Positions 38,719-49,249 of a DNA stretch of 64,000 nucleotides are shown one piece after another. The translations under genes were made by a program, and so were the position numbers. The stretch comes from Parcubacteria group bacterium (GTDB lineage: Bacteria > Patescibacteriota > Minisyncoccia > Moranbacterales > JAKLHP01). The first letter of the stretch is position 1; every line of letters starts with the position of its first letter. The stretch is taken from contig JBBABD010000001.1 of the NCBI GenBank assembly GCA_041657845.1, positions 14,255 through 78,254 of the forward strand. The letters run 5' to 3'. The notes under the pieces were generated by a model. That model did not search any database and had not been told where the DNA came from. It saw nothing but the letters and a program-made list of their open reading frames with translations.

Positions 38719-39863
38719 AAATTATTATTTTTTGCCCATATTATTCTCCGCACATTGGAGGCCTTGAAACTCACGCCGATGAGTTCAACAAATATCTATC
38801 TCAGAGAGGGATAGATATAACTGTTTTTACGCCCAGATTACCGAAAAACGCACCTGAGAATGAAATAAGATATGGCAATGTAAAGATCATGAGGTTTCCA
38901 GCTTTTGAAATAATTTCAAACTATCCCCTGCCGAAATTCTGGACAAAAAAATATCGGGATTTAAAAAAAGAGATAAAAAAAGAAAAATATGACATTGTTA
39001 TTTCCAGAACCAGATTTTTCAACACTTCCCTGTTGGCGCTGATATATTCAAAAACAAAAAAAACAAAATGGATCCACATCGAACACGGATCCGATTTTGT
39101 AGAACTGTCGAGTAATCTGAAAACACTGCTTGCAAGATTCTATGATTATACATTCGGAAGACTCATATTCAAAAATTCTGATATTAATATTTCAATTTCC
39201 AGAGCAGTTAAAAAGTTTGTTTATAAATTTGACAAGCGCGAATCGCCTGTTATTTATCGCGGGCTTGATCTGGGAGAAATAGACAATATAATTCCCGACA
39301 TTGAAACAAAAAATAAATATGAGGGAAAAATAATAATTTCTTTTGTTGGAAGATTATACAAATGGAAAGGCGTAAAAAACAGCATCGAAGCGATAAAATC
39401 ACTCCCCGAAGAAATAAAGAAAAAAATTGTTTTTTTGATAATCGGAGATGGAGAAGATTTCTCCTATTTGAAAAAAATTTCCGAAAATGAAAAAACAATA
39501 GAAATGTTAGGCAACCTGCCCAGAGAAAAAGCTATTGCTATTCTAAAAATTACTGACATTTATCTCCATTCAGCGTATCCGGGCGGAGGCTTGTCTACTT
39601 CCCTGCTTGAAGCAATGTATTGCGGATGCGCAGTCATTGCTACTCCGAATGAAGGAGCGGATGAAGTGATCGAAAATGATAAAAATGGAATTTTAATAGA
39701 AACCGCAAATTCTGTCGACATTACAAAAAATTTGTTAAAATTGATCAATAATATAAATTTAAAAATGTTTATCCCTGACAATGGTAAAGTTTCAGTAAAA
39801 AATAAATTCAACTGGATGCCGTCAATTGAAACCTACAATAAAATTTTTAATAAGTTAAAATGA
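38715..39863 (+). CDS. GT4 glycosyltransferase
   Basis: PHIGGLE, VGRLYKWKG, LSTSLLEAM. Confidence 0.92.
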   Translation: MKIIIFCPYYSPHIGGLETHADEFNKYLSQRGIDITVFTPRLPKNAPENEIRYGNVKIMRFPAFEIISNYPLPKFWTKKYRDLKKEIKKEKYDIVISRTRFFNTSLLALIYSKTKKTKWIHIEHGSDFVELSSNLKTLLARFYDYTFGRLIFKNSDINISISRAVKKFVYKFDKRESPVIYRGLDLGEIDNIIPDIETKNKYEGKIIISFVGRLYKWKGVKNSIEAIKSLPEEIKKKIVFLIIGDGEDFSYLKKISENEKTIEMLGNLPREKAIAILKITDIYLHSAYPGGGLSTSLLEAMYCGCAVIATPNEGADEVIENDKNGILIETANSVDITKNLLKLINNINLKMFIPDNGKVSVKNKFNWMPSIETYNKIFNKLK

Positions 39864-40846
39864 ATATTAAAAACAAAATTTCACCACTCGTAGAACTTTT
39901 AAGAGGATTGGTTTCCTATTTGCCCGGTTTCGATGCTCCTGTATTCACCAGAACCGGCGGAACAAATTCTGCCAGATATTGTTATTCGGTCTGGCTAAGG
40001 CATCTTGTTATGGCAAAAGAAAGTGGCGTTTTTTCCGAGATGCCGAAAGTTATCGCCGAGCTGGGACCGGGAGATTCTCTGGGCATGGGGCTGGCAGCTC
40101 TACTCTCGGGAGGGGAAAAATATTACGCCTTTGACGTAGTAAAATATGCCGACATTGAAAAAAATCTGGAGATATTGGATGAATTAATCGAACTTTTCAG
40201 ATTAAAAAAATCCATCCCCAATGATAAAGAATTTCCGCTAGTAAAACCGTACCTTGAAAATTATTCCTTTCCAGATGAGATATTGAATGAGGAGTTATTA
40301 AAAAACAGCTTAAAGGAAGAAAGGTTGGATCTCATTCGTGAATCGATAAAAAATCCCGAAAAGGAAAAAGGTATGATTGTCTATCAGGTTCCATGGAATG
40401 ATTCGTCAATCATCAAGAAAAATTCCGTTGATATGATTTTTTCTCAAGCAACGCTGGAACACGTGGATGACATTGAAAATACTTACCAGATTATGTATGA
40501 ATGGCTAAAACTGGGTGGCTTTATTTCTCATCAGATAGACCTTAAATGCCACGGCACTTCCGAAGAATGGAACGGCCACTGGACTTATTCCGATCCAGCT
40601 TGGAAAGTTATCAGGGGCAAGAGACAATGGCTACTTAACAGGCTCCCCTGTTCCGAACATATAAAATTATTGGAGAAAAATAATTTTAATTCCATTTGCA
40701 TAAAAAAAATAAAAACTCCTTCAAAGATCGCCAGAAAATCTTTAGCAGATAAGTTTAAGAGTGTCTCCGAAGAAGATCTAAAAATCAGCGGAGTATTTTT
40801 TATAGCGGAGAAATATGGCGGAAAAAATAACCGAAATGGAAGATGA
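39860..40846 (+). CDS. SAM-dependent methyltransferase
   Basis: AELGPGDS, DMIFSQATLEHV, LKLGG. Confidence 0.82.
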   Translation: MNIKNKISPLVELLRGLVSYLPGFDAPVFTRTGGTNSARYCYSVWLRHLVMAKESGVFSEMPKVIAELGPGDSLGMGLAALLSGGEKYYAFDVVKYADIEKNLEILDELIELFRLKKSIPNDKEFPLVKPYLENYSFPDEILNEELLKNSLKEERLDLIRESIKNPEKEKGMIVYQVPWNDSSIIKKNSVDMIFSQATLEHVDDIENTYQIMYEWLKLGGFISHQIDLKCHGTSEEWNGHWTYSDPAWKVIRGKRQWLLNRLPCSEHIKLLEKNNFNSICIKKIKTPSKIARKSLADKFKSVSEEDLKISGVFFIAEKYGGKNNRNGR

Positions 40847-42338
40847 AGATTTAAAAGAATCTATAAATGAAATTGCTCAAGGAGCCAGTGTGTCTTTTGT
40901 ATTCGGACTGGCTGGTTATTTATTAATTTTCATTTTCAAATTATTAGCAGCAAGATACCTCGGACCGGAAAAATATGGGGTTTTTGAATTAGGAAATACC
41001 CTTTTTCTTGTGTTTGTTTTAATTTCTTCCTTAGGAATTCTAACTGGAATAGCGCGATTTATACCCTATTATCTGAAGAAAAAAGAATTCTCGCTTTTGC
41101 ATGGATATGTCAGTTTCGTGTTTAAATTTCCTCTTATAGCTTCCATAATTGTCGGAAGCATAGCATTCTTGAGTTCAGATTTCATTGCCAGTTTTTTTAA
41201 TCGCTCATCCGACTTTGCATTGTTCATAAAAATAATAAGTTTAGCAATTCCATTAAAAGTTCTAAGCAACACAGCCAGACAGATTATAACATCAAGAAAA
41301 AAAATATTCTACAAAAGCTTTAGTGAAGCTATCATAGAAAAATTTATATTATTTTGCGGATTGGGATTAATTTCATTCTTCAATCTTTCACTATTATATA
41401 TATTTATTACATTATTATTTTCAACATTAATATCGTTGATATTCGAACTTTTTATTTACAAAAAAATAAAATTACCTTTAGCGCAAAATGAAACAACTCT
41501 GCACAAAGAGTGGATATTATTTTCTCTGCCATTGTTTTTAAGCGGTTTTTTCAATTATTTTATAAAATGGAGTGACAACATAGTTATCGGTAAAATGCTG
41601 GCAGTATCTTTCTTGGGTATTTATGCAATAGCCTATTCCATTGGCGATGTTTTGGGATTTTTCCAAAATATTTTCATGTCCATACTTAACCCTATTTTTT
41701 CCGAAAAATATGCTTTGGATAAAAACGACGAGCTTAATTTTCTTTTTAAAAAAGTATCTACTTGGGCTTTCGGACTCGCATTCCCCTTGTTTATTTTCAT
41801 TCTAATTTTCGGAAAAGATTTCCTGACTTTATTCTACGGAAATAGTTATTCCTCCGGATATCTCCCATTGATAATAATAAGCTCGGGATTAATGTTTTTT
41901 CTAGCCACGGGACCAAATGAGTCTATATTGATATTGCATAAAAAAACCGGATTCATTTTTAAAGTGAACACTTTCGTTGCCATACTCAATATATTCTTGA
42001 ATATAGTTTTAATTAAATATTTAGGCATTGCTGGAGCCGCTCTGGCATCTGCCTTTTCTATGGCACTAAGAAGTTTGATCACTTTTGTCGAAGCAAAAAA
42101 AATAAGCGCAATCTCCGTAAATAATAGTGCTTATTTTAAATTTATAGTCTCGGCATTTATCACTTATGCATTAGTTTTGCTAACTAAAAGTTTTATTTTC
42201 AAAAACGGCCTTGCAATGCTTTTATTATTTGGATTTGGAACAACCATCATTTATTTTTTAGCATCTTACCTGACTAAAGCAATAACCAAAGAAGATATTT
42301 GGACAATTTTATCATTAGTAAAGAAAAAACAATTATGA
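40815..42338 (+). CDS. Wzx/MOP-family flippase
   Basis: ARYLGPEKYG, D..VIG, GIYAIA, LNIVLI..LGIAGAALA. Confidence 0.92.
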   Translation: MAEKITEMEDEDLKESINEIAQGASVSFVFGLAGYLLIFIFKLLAARYLGPEKYGVFELGNTLFLVFVLISSLGILTGIARFIPYYLKKKEFSLLHGYVSFVFKFPLIASIIVGSIAFLSSDFIASFFNRSSDFALFIKIISLAIPLKVLSNTARQIITSRKKIFYKSFSEAIIEKFILFCGLGLISFFNLSLLYIFITLLFSTLISLIFELFIYKKIKLPLAQNETTLHKEWILFSLPLFLSGFFNYFIKWSDNIVIGKMLAVSFLGIYAIAYSIGDVLGFFQNIFMSILNPIFSEKYALDKNDELNFLFKKVSTWAFGLAFPLFIFILIFGKDFLTLFYGNSYSSGYLPLIIISSGLMFFLATGPNESILILHKKTGFIFKVNTFVAILNIFLNIVLIKYLGIAGAALASAFSMALRSLITFVEAKKISAISVNNSAYFKFIVSAFITYALVLLTKSFIFKNGLAMLLLFGFGTTIIYFLASYLTKAITKEDIWTILSLVKKKQL

Positions 42339-42379
42339 ACTAAATGATAACGGGGGTATTTTTAATATTATTACCTGTT

Positions 42380-43147
42380 CTAAAATGAATTATTTATTCT
42401 CCCTACTATAAAATTTATCATTTCCTTCTGATGCAAATTTATTGAGCGATAATGAACCGTAATCGCCAAAACTCCATCGTCCAAGTTAGAATTTTTAATG
42501 ATATCTTCTATATTTTTTTTTGTTATACACTGGATCCTGTAATTGAATATTTCCTTGTGCTTTCCAAAATCCAAAATTTTAGGATAACACAAGTTTCTGT
42601 TTCTAAAATAATTCTTATAAATTTTAAGAAAAGATTTAAGATATATTCGATTGAATTGAATTTCTCTTGGAAGTGGCCCCATTCCCCTGCTTATGTATTT
42701 GTATCCGACTTTTTCTGCTGCTGATATTGCCTCTCTTGAAAATCTATCATGAGGAGCTACTATGGTATCAATTTCAATATTAAACGCTTTTTCTAATAGT
42801 TTCTTCCCTTCCGCAAGCTCTCGGGCTAGTATGCCTAGATCCCTTCTCTCCATTTCAAATTTTCCATCATAATTCTTATGAGTAAGCCCGTGCTGGTAAA
42901 TTTTGACTTTTCCTTCTTTTATTTTCGTTTTCAAAAAATAAACCAACTCCTTGTTCATTGCGATGGGATAATTTTCATTTTTATTTTCCATACATAATTG
43001 CATAGGGATAGCTCCACTAACTAATCCAACATTAGGAATTACCGCAAAGTTAATCGGTATTCTATCCCAAATATCTCCATATGCAAATTCAATTTGACTT
43101 ACCTTCGTAAAATATGACAAATCGTCATCTCTAAGCATTAATTTCAT
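42380..43147 (-). CDS. Polysaccharide deacetylase-like (DUF2334-type) protein
   Basis: LRDDD, AVIP, QHGLTH, VAP motifs. Confidence 0.8.
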   Translation of the reverse strand: MKLMLRDDDLSYFTKVSQIEFAYGDIWDRIPINFAVIPNVGLVSGAIPMQLCMENKNENYPIAMNKELVYFLKTKIKEGKVKIYQHGLTHKNYDGKFEMERRDLGILARELAEGKKLLEKAFNIEIDTIVAPHDRFSREAISAAEKVGYKYISRGMGPLPREIQFNRIYLKSFLKIYKNYFRNRNLCYPKILDFGKHKEIFNYRIQCITKKNIEDIIKNSNLDDGVLAITVHYRSINLHQKEMINFIVGRINNSF

Positions 43148-43164
43148 AATAATAATATAAAAAA

Positions 43165-43761
43165 TTATTTCAAAGAAAGGCTAGCAAAAATTTTGGATTT
43201 TGTTTCCCTAAGTGGGAGTTTTTCAAAAATAGGATTATAACGATCGGGGTAAAATGTTTTATACTCCAAAACTTTAAAGCCGTGTCTTTCTGCCAGATTG
43301 AACAAATTTTGTTTGCTATACCAATTCACATGTTCAGGATTATCAATATTTTCAATATTAAATAAAAGTTTCATGATTCTTGCTATATTTCCAAATGCAA
43401 AAACATTGGGCGTCGTTATAATCAATTTACCTTCTTTTTTCAAATGCTTTCTCGCGGAACATAAAAATTTCCCCGGATTAGATAAATGTTCGATCAATTC
43501 TCCCGCTATTATTATATCGAATTTATCATTTAAATTAAACTCTTCCGCATCCGCGCAGATTGCGTTGTAACCTTTTGATTTTAACATATTAACATCATCT
43601 TCTAGGCAATCAATTCCAATCGTTTCCTTGGCTTCATTTCTTATTTTATCGTGCAACCAATTCGGATTGGATATTGATTTTTCCCAATTGTGCTGGACAA
43701 ACCCAACATCCAGTACTTTTTTGCCCTTGATATAAGGCTTCAATAGTTCAATTCTTTTCAT
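43165..43761 (-). CDS. SAM-dependent methyltransferase
   Basis: VLDVG, GID, FDIIIAGELIEH, ITTPN. Confidence 0.9.
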   Translation of the reverse strand: MKRIELLKPYIKGKKVLDVGFVQHNWEKSISNPNWLHDKIRNEAKETIGIDCLEDDVNMLKSKGYNAICADAEEFNLNDKFDIIIAGELIEHLSNPGKFLCSARKHLKKEGKLIITTPNVFAFGNIARIMKLLFNIENIDNPEHVNWYSKQNLFNLAERHGFKVLEYKTFYPDRYNPIFEKLPLRETKSKIFASLSLK

Positions 43762-44903
43762 TTGCGCAAATTTTTATTGATTATTTCACTTACAATTTCA
43801 CTCATTTTCCCCGAAAAATTATCCCACGTTCCATTTTTCTCGATATTTTTTCGAGCCTCTTTCCCTATTTCTAATATTTTATTCTGATTGTTATAAAAAA
43901 ATAATATCTTTTCTTTTATAGCTTCTGTATTCCTAATTGGAATTATAAAACCGTCTATTCCGTTTCTTATAATTGATCCGGAGTTTTCTGTACAAATAAC
44001 TGACAATCCGCAAGCCATTGCTTCTTTTATTACTCTCGAGGATCCCTCACTTAAGGATGGATGGACAAGAACGGAGGATTGATGATAGAAATCAATTGGA
44101 TCGGAATGTTTTATAAACTTGATATTTTTAAAACTTTTATATCTGTTGAAAATAACTTGCATTTCTTTACTGGGGTTTCCAAGCAGAACCAACTCGCTTC
44201 TTTTTAAATCCATTTTGGACCATGCCTCAAGCAAATATTGAAATCCTTTGAGAAGTCCGCAATTGGCCATCGCCAAAACTCTAAATACGTTATCTGTTTT
44301 TTCCCCGGGTTTGAATTTTTTCGTATCTATGCCTCCGGTTAAAACAAAAATATTTTCTGGTTTAAAACCTGCTTTCACATATGTTGATTTGCAATATTCG
44401 GATTGGGAAATAATATATTTAGAGCTGACAAGCGATTTTTCCAAATGATCTGCTTTGTACTCTTGGGGAAAATTAAATCCGTATTTCAAAAATTCCTGTT
44501 TATTCATATCAGAAATCATTCTTCCAGTAGCACTGGTTCCAATATTTATCGTAATTTTCCCCATTCGGTTAAATTTTTGACAGGTTCTCCTGAATGAATA
44601 TGGATGGAATATAATTATATTAGCATCATCTTTTTTAAAATAAGCGAAAAAATCAAGAACTGAATAAATGTCGACTCTGATGTGGAAAAATTTTTTAAAT
44701 AAATAAATTATTTGAAAAATTATTTTTCCTCCTAAAACAATCTTTTTAAATCTCGGATCATTTCCTTTATAATCACGACAATACACATTAGAAATGTTAT
44801 CTTTCAAGCTTTCAAAAATGGCTCTGGCATAATCAGATTTGAGATTTTTCAGTTCTCCTAAGTCGGCAATCGTATAAAGAGATACTTTTATTTTTTTCGA
44901 CAT
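43758..44903 (-). CDS. GT4 glycosyltransferase
   Basis: KGFQYLLEA, PSLSEGSSRVIKEAMACG. Confidence 0.9.
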   Translation of the reverse strand: MSKKIKVSLYTIADLGELKNLKSDYARAIFESLKDNISNVYCRDYKGNDPRFKKIVLGGKIIFQIIYLFKKFFHIRVDIYSVLDFFAYFKKDDANIIIFHPYSFRRTCQKFNRMGKITINIGTSATGRMISDMNKQEFLKYGFNFPQEYKADHLEKSLVSSKYIISQSEYCKSTYVKAGFKPENIFVLTGGIDTKKFKPGEKTDNVFRVLAMANCGLLKGFQYLLEAWSKMDLKRSELVLLGNPSKEMQVIFNRYKSFKNIKFIKHSDPIDFYHQSSVLVHPSLSEGSSRVIKEAMACGLSVICTENSGSIIRNGIDGFIIPIRNTEAIKEKILFFYNNQNKILEIGKEARKNIEKNGTWDNFSGKMSEIVSEIINKNLRK

Positions 44904-45646
44904 ATGTATATCTGGTTAAGCCCTAAATTTCTTATCAAAGGAATTTTCGACAGAAACAGTTCTGACTTAAATAATATTTTTTCAGGAAGTAAAATAATTT
45001 TTTTTCTTCCGGGAAAAACAGTAAACTTTTCAATCTTGATAATTTCAAATCCCGATTCATCAAGCAGTTTTCGAAACTCTTTTTCCGTCGCGGTATTTAT
45101 GATTTTTCCTTTTTCTTTCAGTAAATTTTTTCTAATCCAAAATTGAATGCCAAGCAATGAAAATCTATTTATATGATTATTGATAATCAAATATCCATCG
45201 TCTTTTAAACATTTACACAATTCTGCAAGAATTATGCCCTTATTTTCTTTCTCCATATTAAGAAATAGTCTGAAGGAAGTTATCAAATCGAATTTTTTTC
45301 CATCTAGAAGATTTTTATTTTCCACTATATTTCCGCATAAAAAATCAGCATTAGTTTTCTTTTTAGCTTCTTCCAACATAGCAAATGAAGTGTCTATGCC
45401 AATAATCTCTTTAAAATTAAACTCTTTATTTAAGTATTCTATTATTCTTCCTGTCCCACAAGCAAAATCCATATAACTAACTTTTCCGAGATTTCTAAAA
45501 TTTCCAGAAACAATTCGCTTTAGAAAATATTTTTCTAACTCCCAAATAAACAATTCGAATTTATTTTCTATTTTTTTATCATATCCCTTTCCTCTTTTTG
45601 AATTATTTTGATAGCTCTTAGTATAATTTGATTTGTAATTTTCCAT
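44888..45646 (-). CDS. SAM-dependent methyltransferase
   Basis: MDFACGTGR, GIDTS..ML, FDLIT. Confidence 0.9.
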   Translation of the reverse strand: MENYKSNYTKSYQNNSKRGKGYDKKIENKFELFIWELEKYFLKRIVSGNFRNLGKVSYMDFACGTGRIIEYLNKEFNFKEIIGIDTSFAMLEEAKKKTNADFLCGNIVENKNLLDGKKFDLITSFRLFLNMEKENKGIILAELCKCLKDDGYLIINNHINRFSLLGIQFWIRKNLLKEKGKIINTATEKEFRKLLDESGFEIIKIEKFTVFPGRKKIILLPEKILFKSELFLSKIPLIRNLGLNQIYICRKK

Positions 45647-46445
45647 TTTCGAATTTTTTAATTAAATAATTTAAGTATAAATTTATTATAAATTTTTTTA
45701 ATCTATAAATAAAGCTACTGGACATATAGGGTTTTCCTTTTTTCAATAATTCAATGAAAATCTTATTCAGTAGATCTTCTTTAATTTCAAATTTTGAATT
45801 CTGCATATATCCATCTAAAAAATATCTAGTTATTAATTTTCGCTGTCTAAATAATAGCATCTCATAAATTAGATTAGTTGGATAAATATTTTTTATAAAT
45901 CTTAGAATATCCTCATAAATTAATTCCTTCCTAGGCATTGGATCGAGTATTACCACTTTTTCGTTATCCAAAAAAATTAAATTTTTTTCATTTAAATCGC
46001 CATGAATTTTGGAAATAGGAATGTTTTCTTTGCTATATCTAATAAAATTTTCATTATGAAAATTCGCCAAAAAATTTCCTATTCCAACAAATTTTTTTTC
46101 TATATTCCCCATTTTTCCCCAAAATATAGATTTAATTAAATAATGGTAAAAACCAATACCATTATAATAATCCATACAAATTACTTTTTGAGAAATCGTC
46201 TTTACATTGGGAACAATAACCACGTCAGATTTTATTTTCACGAGATCATTATAAGATTCTATTTCTTCTTTTGCTAATCTTTTACTATCGAATTTTTTAA
46301 AAAAATAATCACCCTTTCCAGTTGACAGCATGAAGCTGTCGGCATAATAACCTTTATGTATTTGATAAATTTTAGATGAATTATTTTCTGCTTCAAATAG
46401 TTTCAAATCTTCTTTAATCTTATATTTTTTTATCAATTTTTTCAT
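45618..46445 (-). CDS. APH/protein-kinase-like phosphotransferase
   Basis: FFKK, LANFH, IHGDLNEKNL, ILDP motifs. Confidence 0.7.
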   Translation of the reverse strand: MKKLIKKYKIKEDLKLFEAENNSSKIYQIHKGYYADSFMLSTGKGDYFFKKFDSKRLAKEEIESYNDLVKIKSDVVIVPNVKTISQKVICMDYYNGIGFYHYLIKSIFWGKMGNIEKKFVGIGNFLANFHNENFIRYSKENIPISKIHGDLNEKNLIFLDNEKVVILDPMPRKELIYEDILRFIKNIYPTNLIYEMLLFRQRKLITRYFLDGYMQNSKFEIKEDLLNKIFIELLKKGKPYMSSSFIYRLKKFIINLYLNYLIKKFENGKLQIKLY

Positions 46446-46487
46446 TCAAGAATTGCTTAAAAAAATTAACTTATTGAACAATTTAGA

Positions 46488-47234
46488 TTATTTATTATTT
46501 TTCTTTGCAAGGTAAAAAACGGTACTTTCGAGACCATATTTCATTTTGTTAAAAGGGTAAAAGCAGAAGTACAATATGGGCTTTAGAATCTTATGTATTG
46601 CTATTTTCTTTAAGTTCCATGTTCTATATTCAAGTGGTTTGCTCATAAAATAAACTACATCATAACCACAATCTTTTAACAATTCAAATATTCTCCATGG
46701 AGAATACTCTTCAAAATGCAATTCTGACATTAAGTCAGTCTTCCCGAAAAAAAACAATTTAATTACATTCTCTATTCTATAAATACTTGGAGTAGAAATT
46801 ATTATATACCCCCCCTTTTTCATTTTTCTGCTTACTTCATTAAGCAATCCATCGGGATTATCAACGTGTTCTATTATGTTATTGCATATAACTATATCGA
46901 AATATTCATTTTGCATGGGTATATTCATCGCGTCACATGAAATAAAACTTATTTCTTTAAAAATACTTCTTGCTTTATTGATAGCTATCCCCGATTTATC
47001 TATACCAAAAACATCCGCTTTTTCAAACAAGTTTTTTATTTCATACGTAATATAGCCTTCTCCGCATCCAACATCTAAAATCTTTGGTTCTTTAGTATTT
47101 AATAATTTTTTTGCCTTTAAGCAAAGCTTCTTTGTAAAATAAATTCTTCTTTTTTGGAATTCTGATTCGATGTTGTTTTTTACTTTATACGGATCTCCAT
47201 TTTCATATTCATCATTTTTTAAAATTTTATTCAT
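46488..47234 (-). CDS. SAM-dependent methyltransferase
   Basis: ILDVGCGEG, GID, FDIVICNNIIEHV, ISTP; start taken at MNKIL. Confidence 0.9.
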   Translation of the reverse strand: MNKILKNDEYENGDPYKVKNNIESEFQKRRIYFTKKLCLKAKKLLNTKEPKILDVGCGEGYITYEIKNLFEKADVFGIDKSGIAINKARSIFKEISFISCDAMNIPMQNEYFDIVICNNIIEHVDNPDGLLNEVSRKMKKGGYIIISTPSIYRIENVIKLFFFGKTDLMSELHFEEYSPWRIFELLKDCGYDVVYFMSKPLEYRTWNLKKIAIHKILKPILYFCFYPFNKMKYGLESTVFYLAKKNNK

Positions 47235-47247
47235 TTTTAAATCAGAA

Positions 47248-47895
47248 CACCCCCCCCCCCCCCCCCCCCCCGCCAAAGGCGGTGGCTTGATGAATAGGGT
47301 CGCCTCAAAGGCGATCAGCCTTCATCTCACGCTTAGGTGTTAATTAATTAGCTTTTGTTAATATTTATCGTCTTCTTCTTGCTGTTCTCTGATATATTTT
47401 TGATTATCTCTTCGTCGAATCCGATGGTTAAAACTGCATATCCTCTTGCCCAGAAATGCGCTCCGGTGTAATTTCTGTCTTTTTCTCCCATCCTTGCGAC
47501 TGCAATAGCGCTTTTCCCTTTCATGAATCCGATAACTGAGGCTACGGCATATTTGGGCAGGATTTCAATACACATGTGGACGTGGTCTTTGGTGAGATTT
47601 CCTTCGGTGATTTTGCTTTCTTTCTGCTCTGCCAGTTCGTGGAGGATTTTTGCCAGTTCTGTCCTGATTTTACCATAGATTACACTTTTTCTTTTCTTGG
47701 GTATAAATATTATATGATATTTGCAATTCCATTTTGAGTGAGATAAACTTTGATAGAGATTAGGCACAATATTGTTAGTGAACGAAGACTCTTTATCAAG
47801 CCAAGTTCATTATACATTATTGTGCCTTTTTTCTTGTGGTTGCGGCAACGGTAAAACCTTTTCGAGTCTCACTAGTAGAACTAGCGGTTTACCTT
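47248..47895 (-). mobile_element. Decayed IS200/IS605-family element (tnpA only); ends approximate
   Basis: tnpA flanked by hairpins CCGCC-aaa-GGCGG and TCGCC-tcaaa-GGCGA on one side and GGTAAA...TTTACC on the other. Confidence 0.82.
47348..47767 (-). pseudogene. tnpA: IS200 transposase with C-terminal frameshift
   Basis: KYHIIFIPK, DHVHM (HUH), KGKSA, FWARGY; the YIREQ motif lies in a shifted frame. Confidence 0.85.
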
Positions 47896-47905
47896 CTGGG
47901 AAAAA

Positions 47906-49249
47906 CTAATTATTTAATTCAGAAATTGTATATAAGAATTTACCACTTTTTGTAGGCGATATGTCCGATACAAATTTCCAAACAATTTTACATTCTTTTC
48001 CCATAACTAATTTGATGTTTTTTTCTATTTCATTAATTTCATCCAAATTCTCTTTTTTTTCAAGAACTACATTTATTTCTATTGCTTCATAATTCTTTTG
48101 TATTACTTGAAATTTATTTACCCATTTTCTAAAATAAAATAAATGAGTGAAATATTCTCCACCTATTAGAGTTCCCTCTCTGGTTTCAAATAAATTAACA
48201 CTTCTTCCCTTGATACTCTCGATAACCGGAAATCCTCTCTGACAACTTGGATTTTTGAAATCTGGAATACCGATATCCCCGATGGCATATCGTATTAGTG
48301 GCATAGCTTTATTACATAAAGTAGTAATATAAATATCTCCAGCTTTTCTAGGCAAAGAATTGTTTAATTTATCATCTAGTATCTCTAAATAATGTGAAAA
48401 AATATTGAGATGTAAGCCTTCATGTTTTTCACATTCGCAAGCAATATCTCCTACCTCCCGTGATCCATATTTATTAAAAACATGACACCGAAATACCCTT
48501 TCAATCGTTTTTCTAAATTCAGGAAAAAGAGTGCCTGCTGAAGATATTATTGACTGCGGAGTATGAATTTTTATTTTTTCCTTTTCAATAAATCTTGAAA
48601 ATTCATATATTGATTCCGCATAAGCAACAACTATGGAGGGTTTTTCTTTGTTAATTATTTCTACAAATCTAAGCATGTCTTCCTTGGTCATCCGAAAAGC
48701 ATTTAAATTAATACTGTTTATAAAATTACGCATTAAAAATCCACTCAGTCCTTCTCTGGCTTTTAGAATATCCTTCTCTGAACCCCATAAACTTATTACT
48801 AAATCTCCTGGCTTCCATCCCGCCCATTCATTCCAGAACATTTTAGTTGCTGCGCTCCAATCGTTTTTGACTTTATCCTGAAAAAAAACAACTGGTTCGC
48901 CGGTACTTCCTCCAGAAGTGTTTTTTACAGCAGTAATTTTTTTATTGATTAAATTATTGAGTTCTTTCCTAATTATTTTTTTGGTAAGAATCGGAAATTT
49001 TTTGATATCTTCGAAAATAGTATTTGGAGCAACAGTTATATTATTTTCTCTAGCAATCTTTCTGTAATATGGAATATTTTTAATTGAATAATCCAGAATC
49101 TCGTAAAGTTTCTTTTTTTGAATTGCGATATTTTCTTCCAAAGACTTCCCCTGTTGTTTTTTCAGATACTCATAAATCTCATAGCGATTGCTACCCTTTC
49201 CGTATTTCCAAAGAATTGGAGCTATATATTTTGATAAAAAATATCTCAT
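47906..49249 (-). CDS. Phenylacetate-CoA ligase-like (CapK-type) adenylate-forming protein
   Basis: FPILTK, TSGGSTGEP, YGSREVG, MPLIRY.IGD, KGR, SGK. Confidence 0.88.
   Translation of the reverse strand: MRYFLSKYIAPILWKYGKGSNRYEIYEYLKKQQGKSLEENIAIQKKKLYEILDYSIKNIPYYRKIARENNITVAPNTIFEDIKKFPILTKKIIRKELNNLINKKITAVKNTSGGSTGEPVVFFQDKVKNDWSAATKMFWNEWAGWKPGDLVISLWGSEKDILKAREGLSGFLMRNFINSINLNAFRMTKEDMLRFVEIINKEKPSIVVAYAESIYEFSRFIEKEKIKIHTPQSIISSAGTLFPEFRKTIERVFRCHVFNKYGSREVGDIACECEKHEGLHLNIFSHYLEILDDKLNNSLPRKAGDIYITTLCNKAMPLIRYAIGDIGIPDFKNPSCQRGFPVIESIKGRSVNLFETREGTLIGGEYFTHLFYFRKWVNKFQVIQKNYEAIEINVVLEKKENLDEINEIEKNIKLVMGKECKIVWKFVSDISPTKSGKFLYTISELNN

Noticed and set aside
47235-47276. Poly-Gly N-terminus (MAGGGGGGG) of ORF 46488-47276
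   Set aside because: It comes from reading a TTG start through the IS end and the poly-C run; the likely start is ATG 47234.
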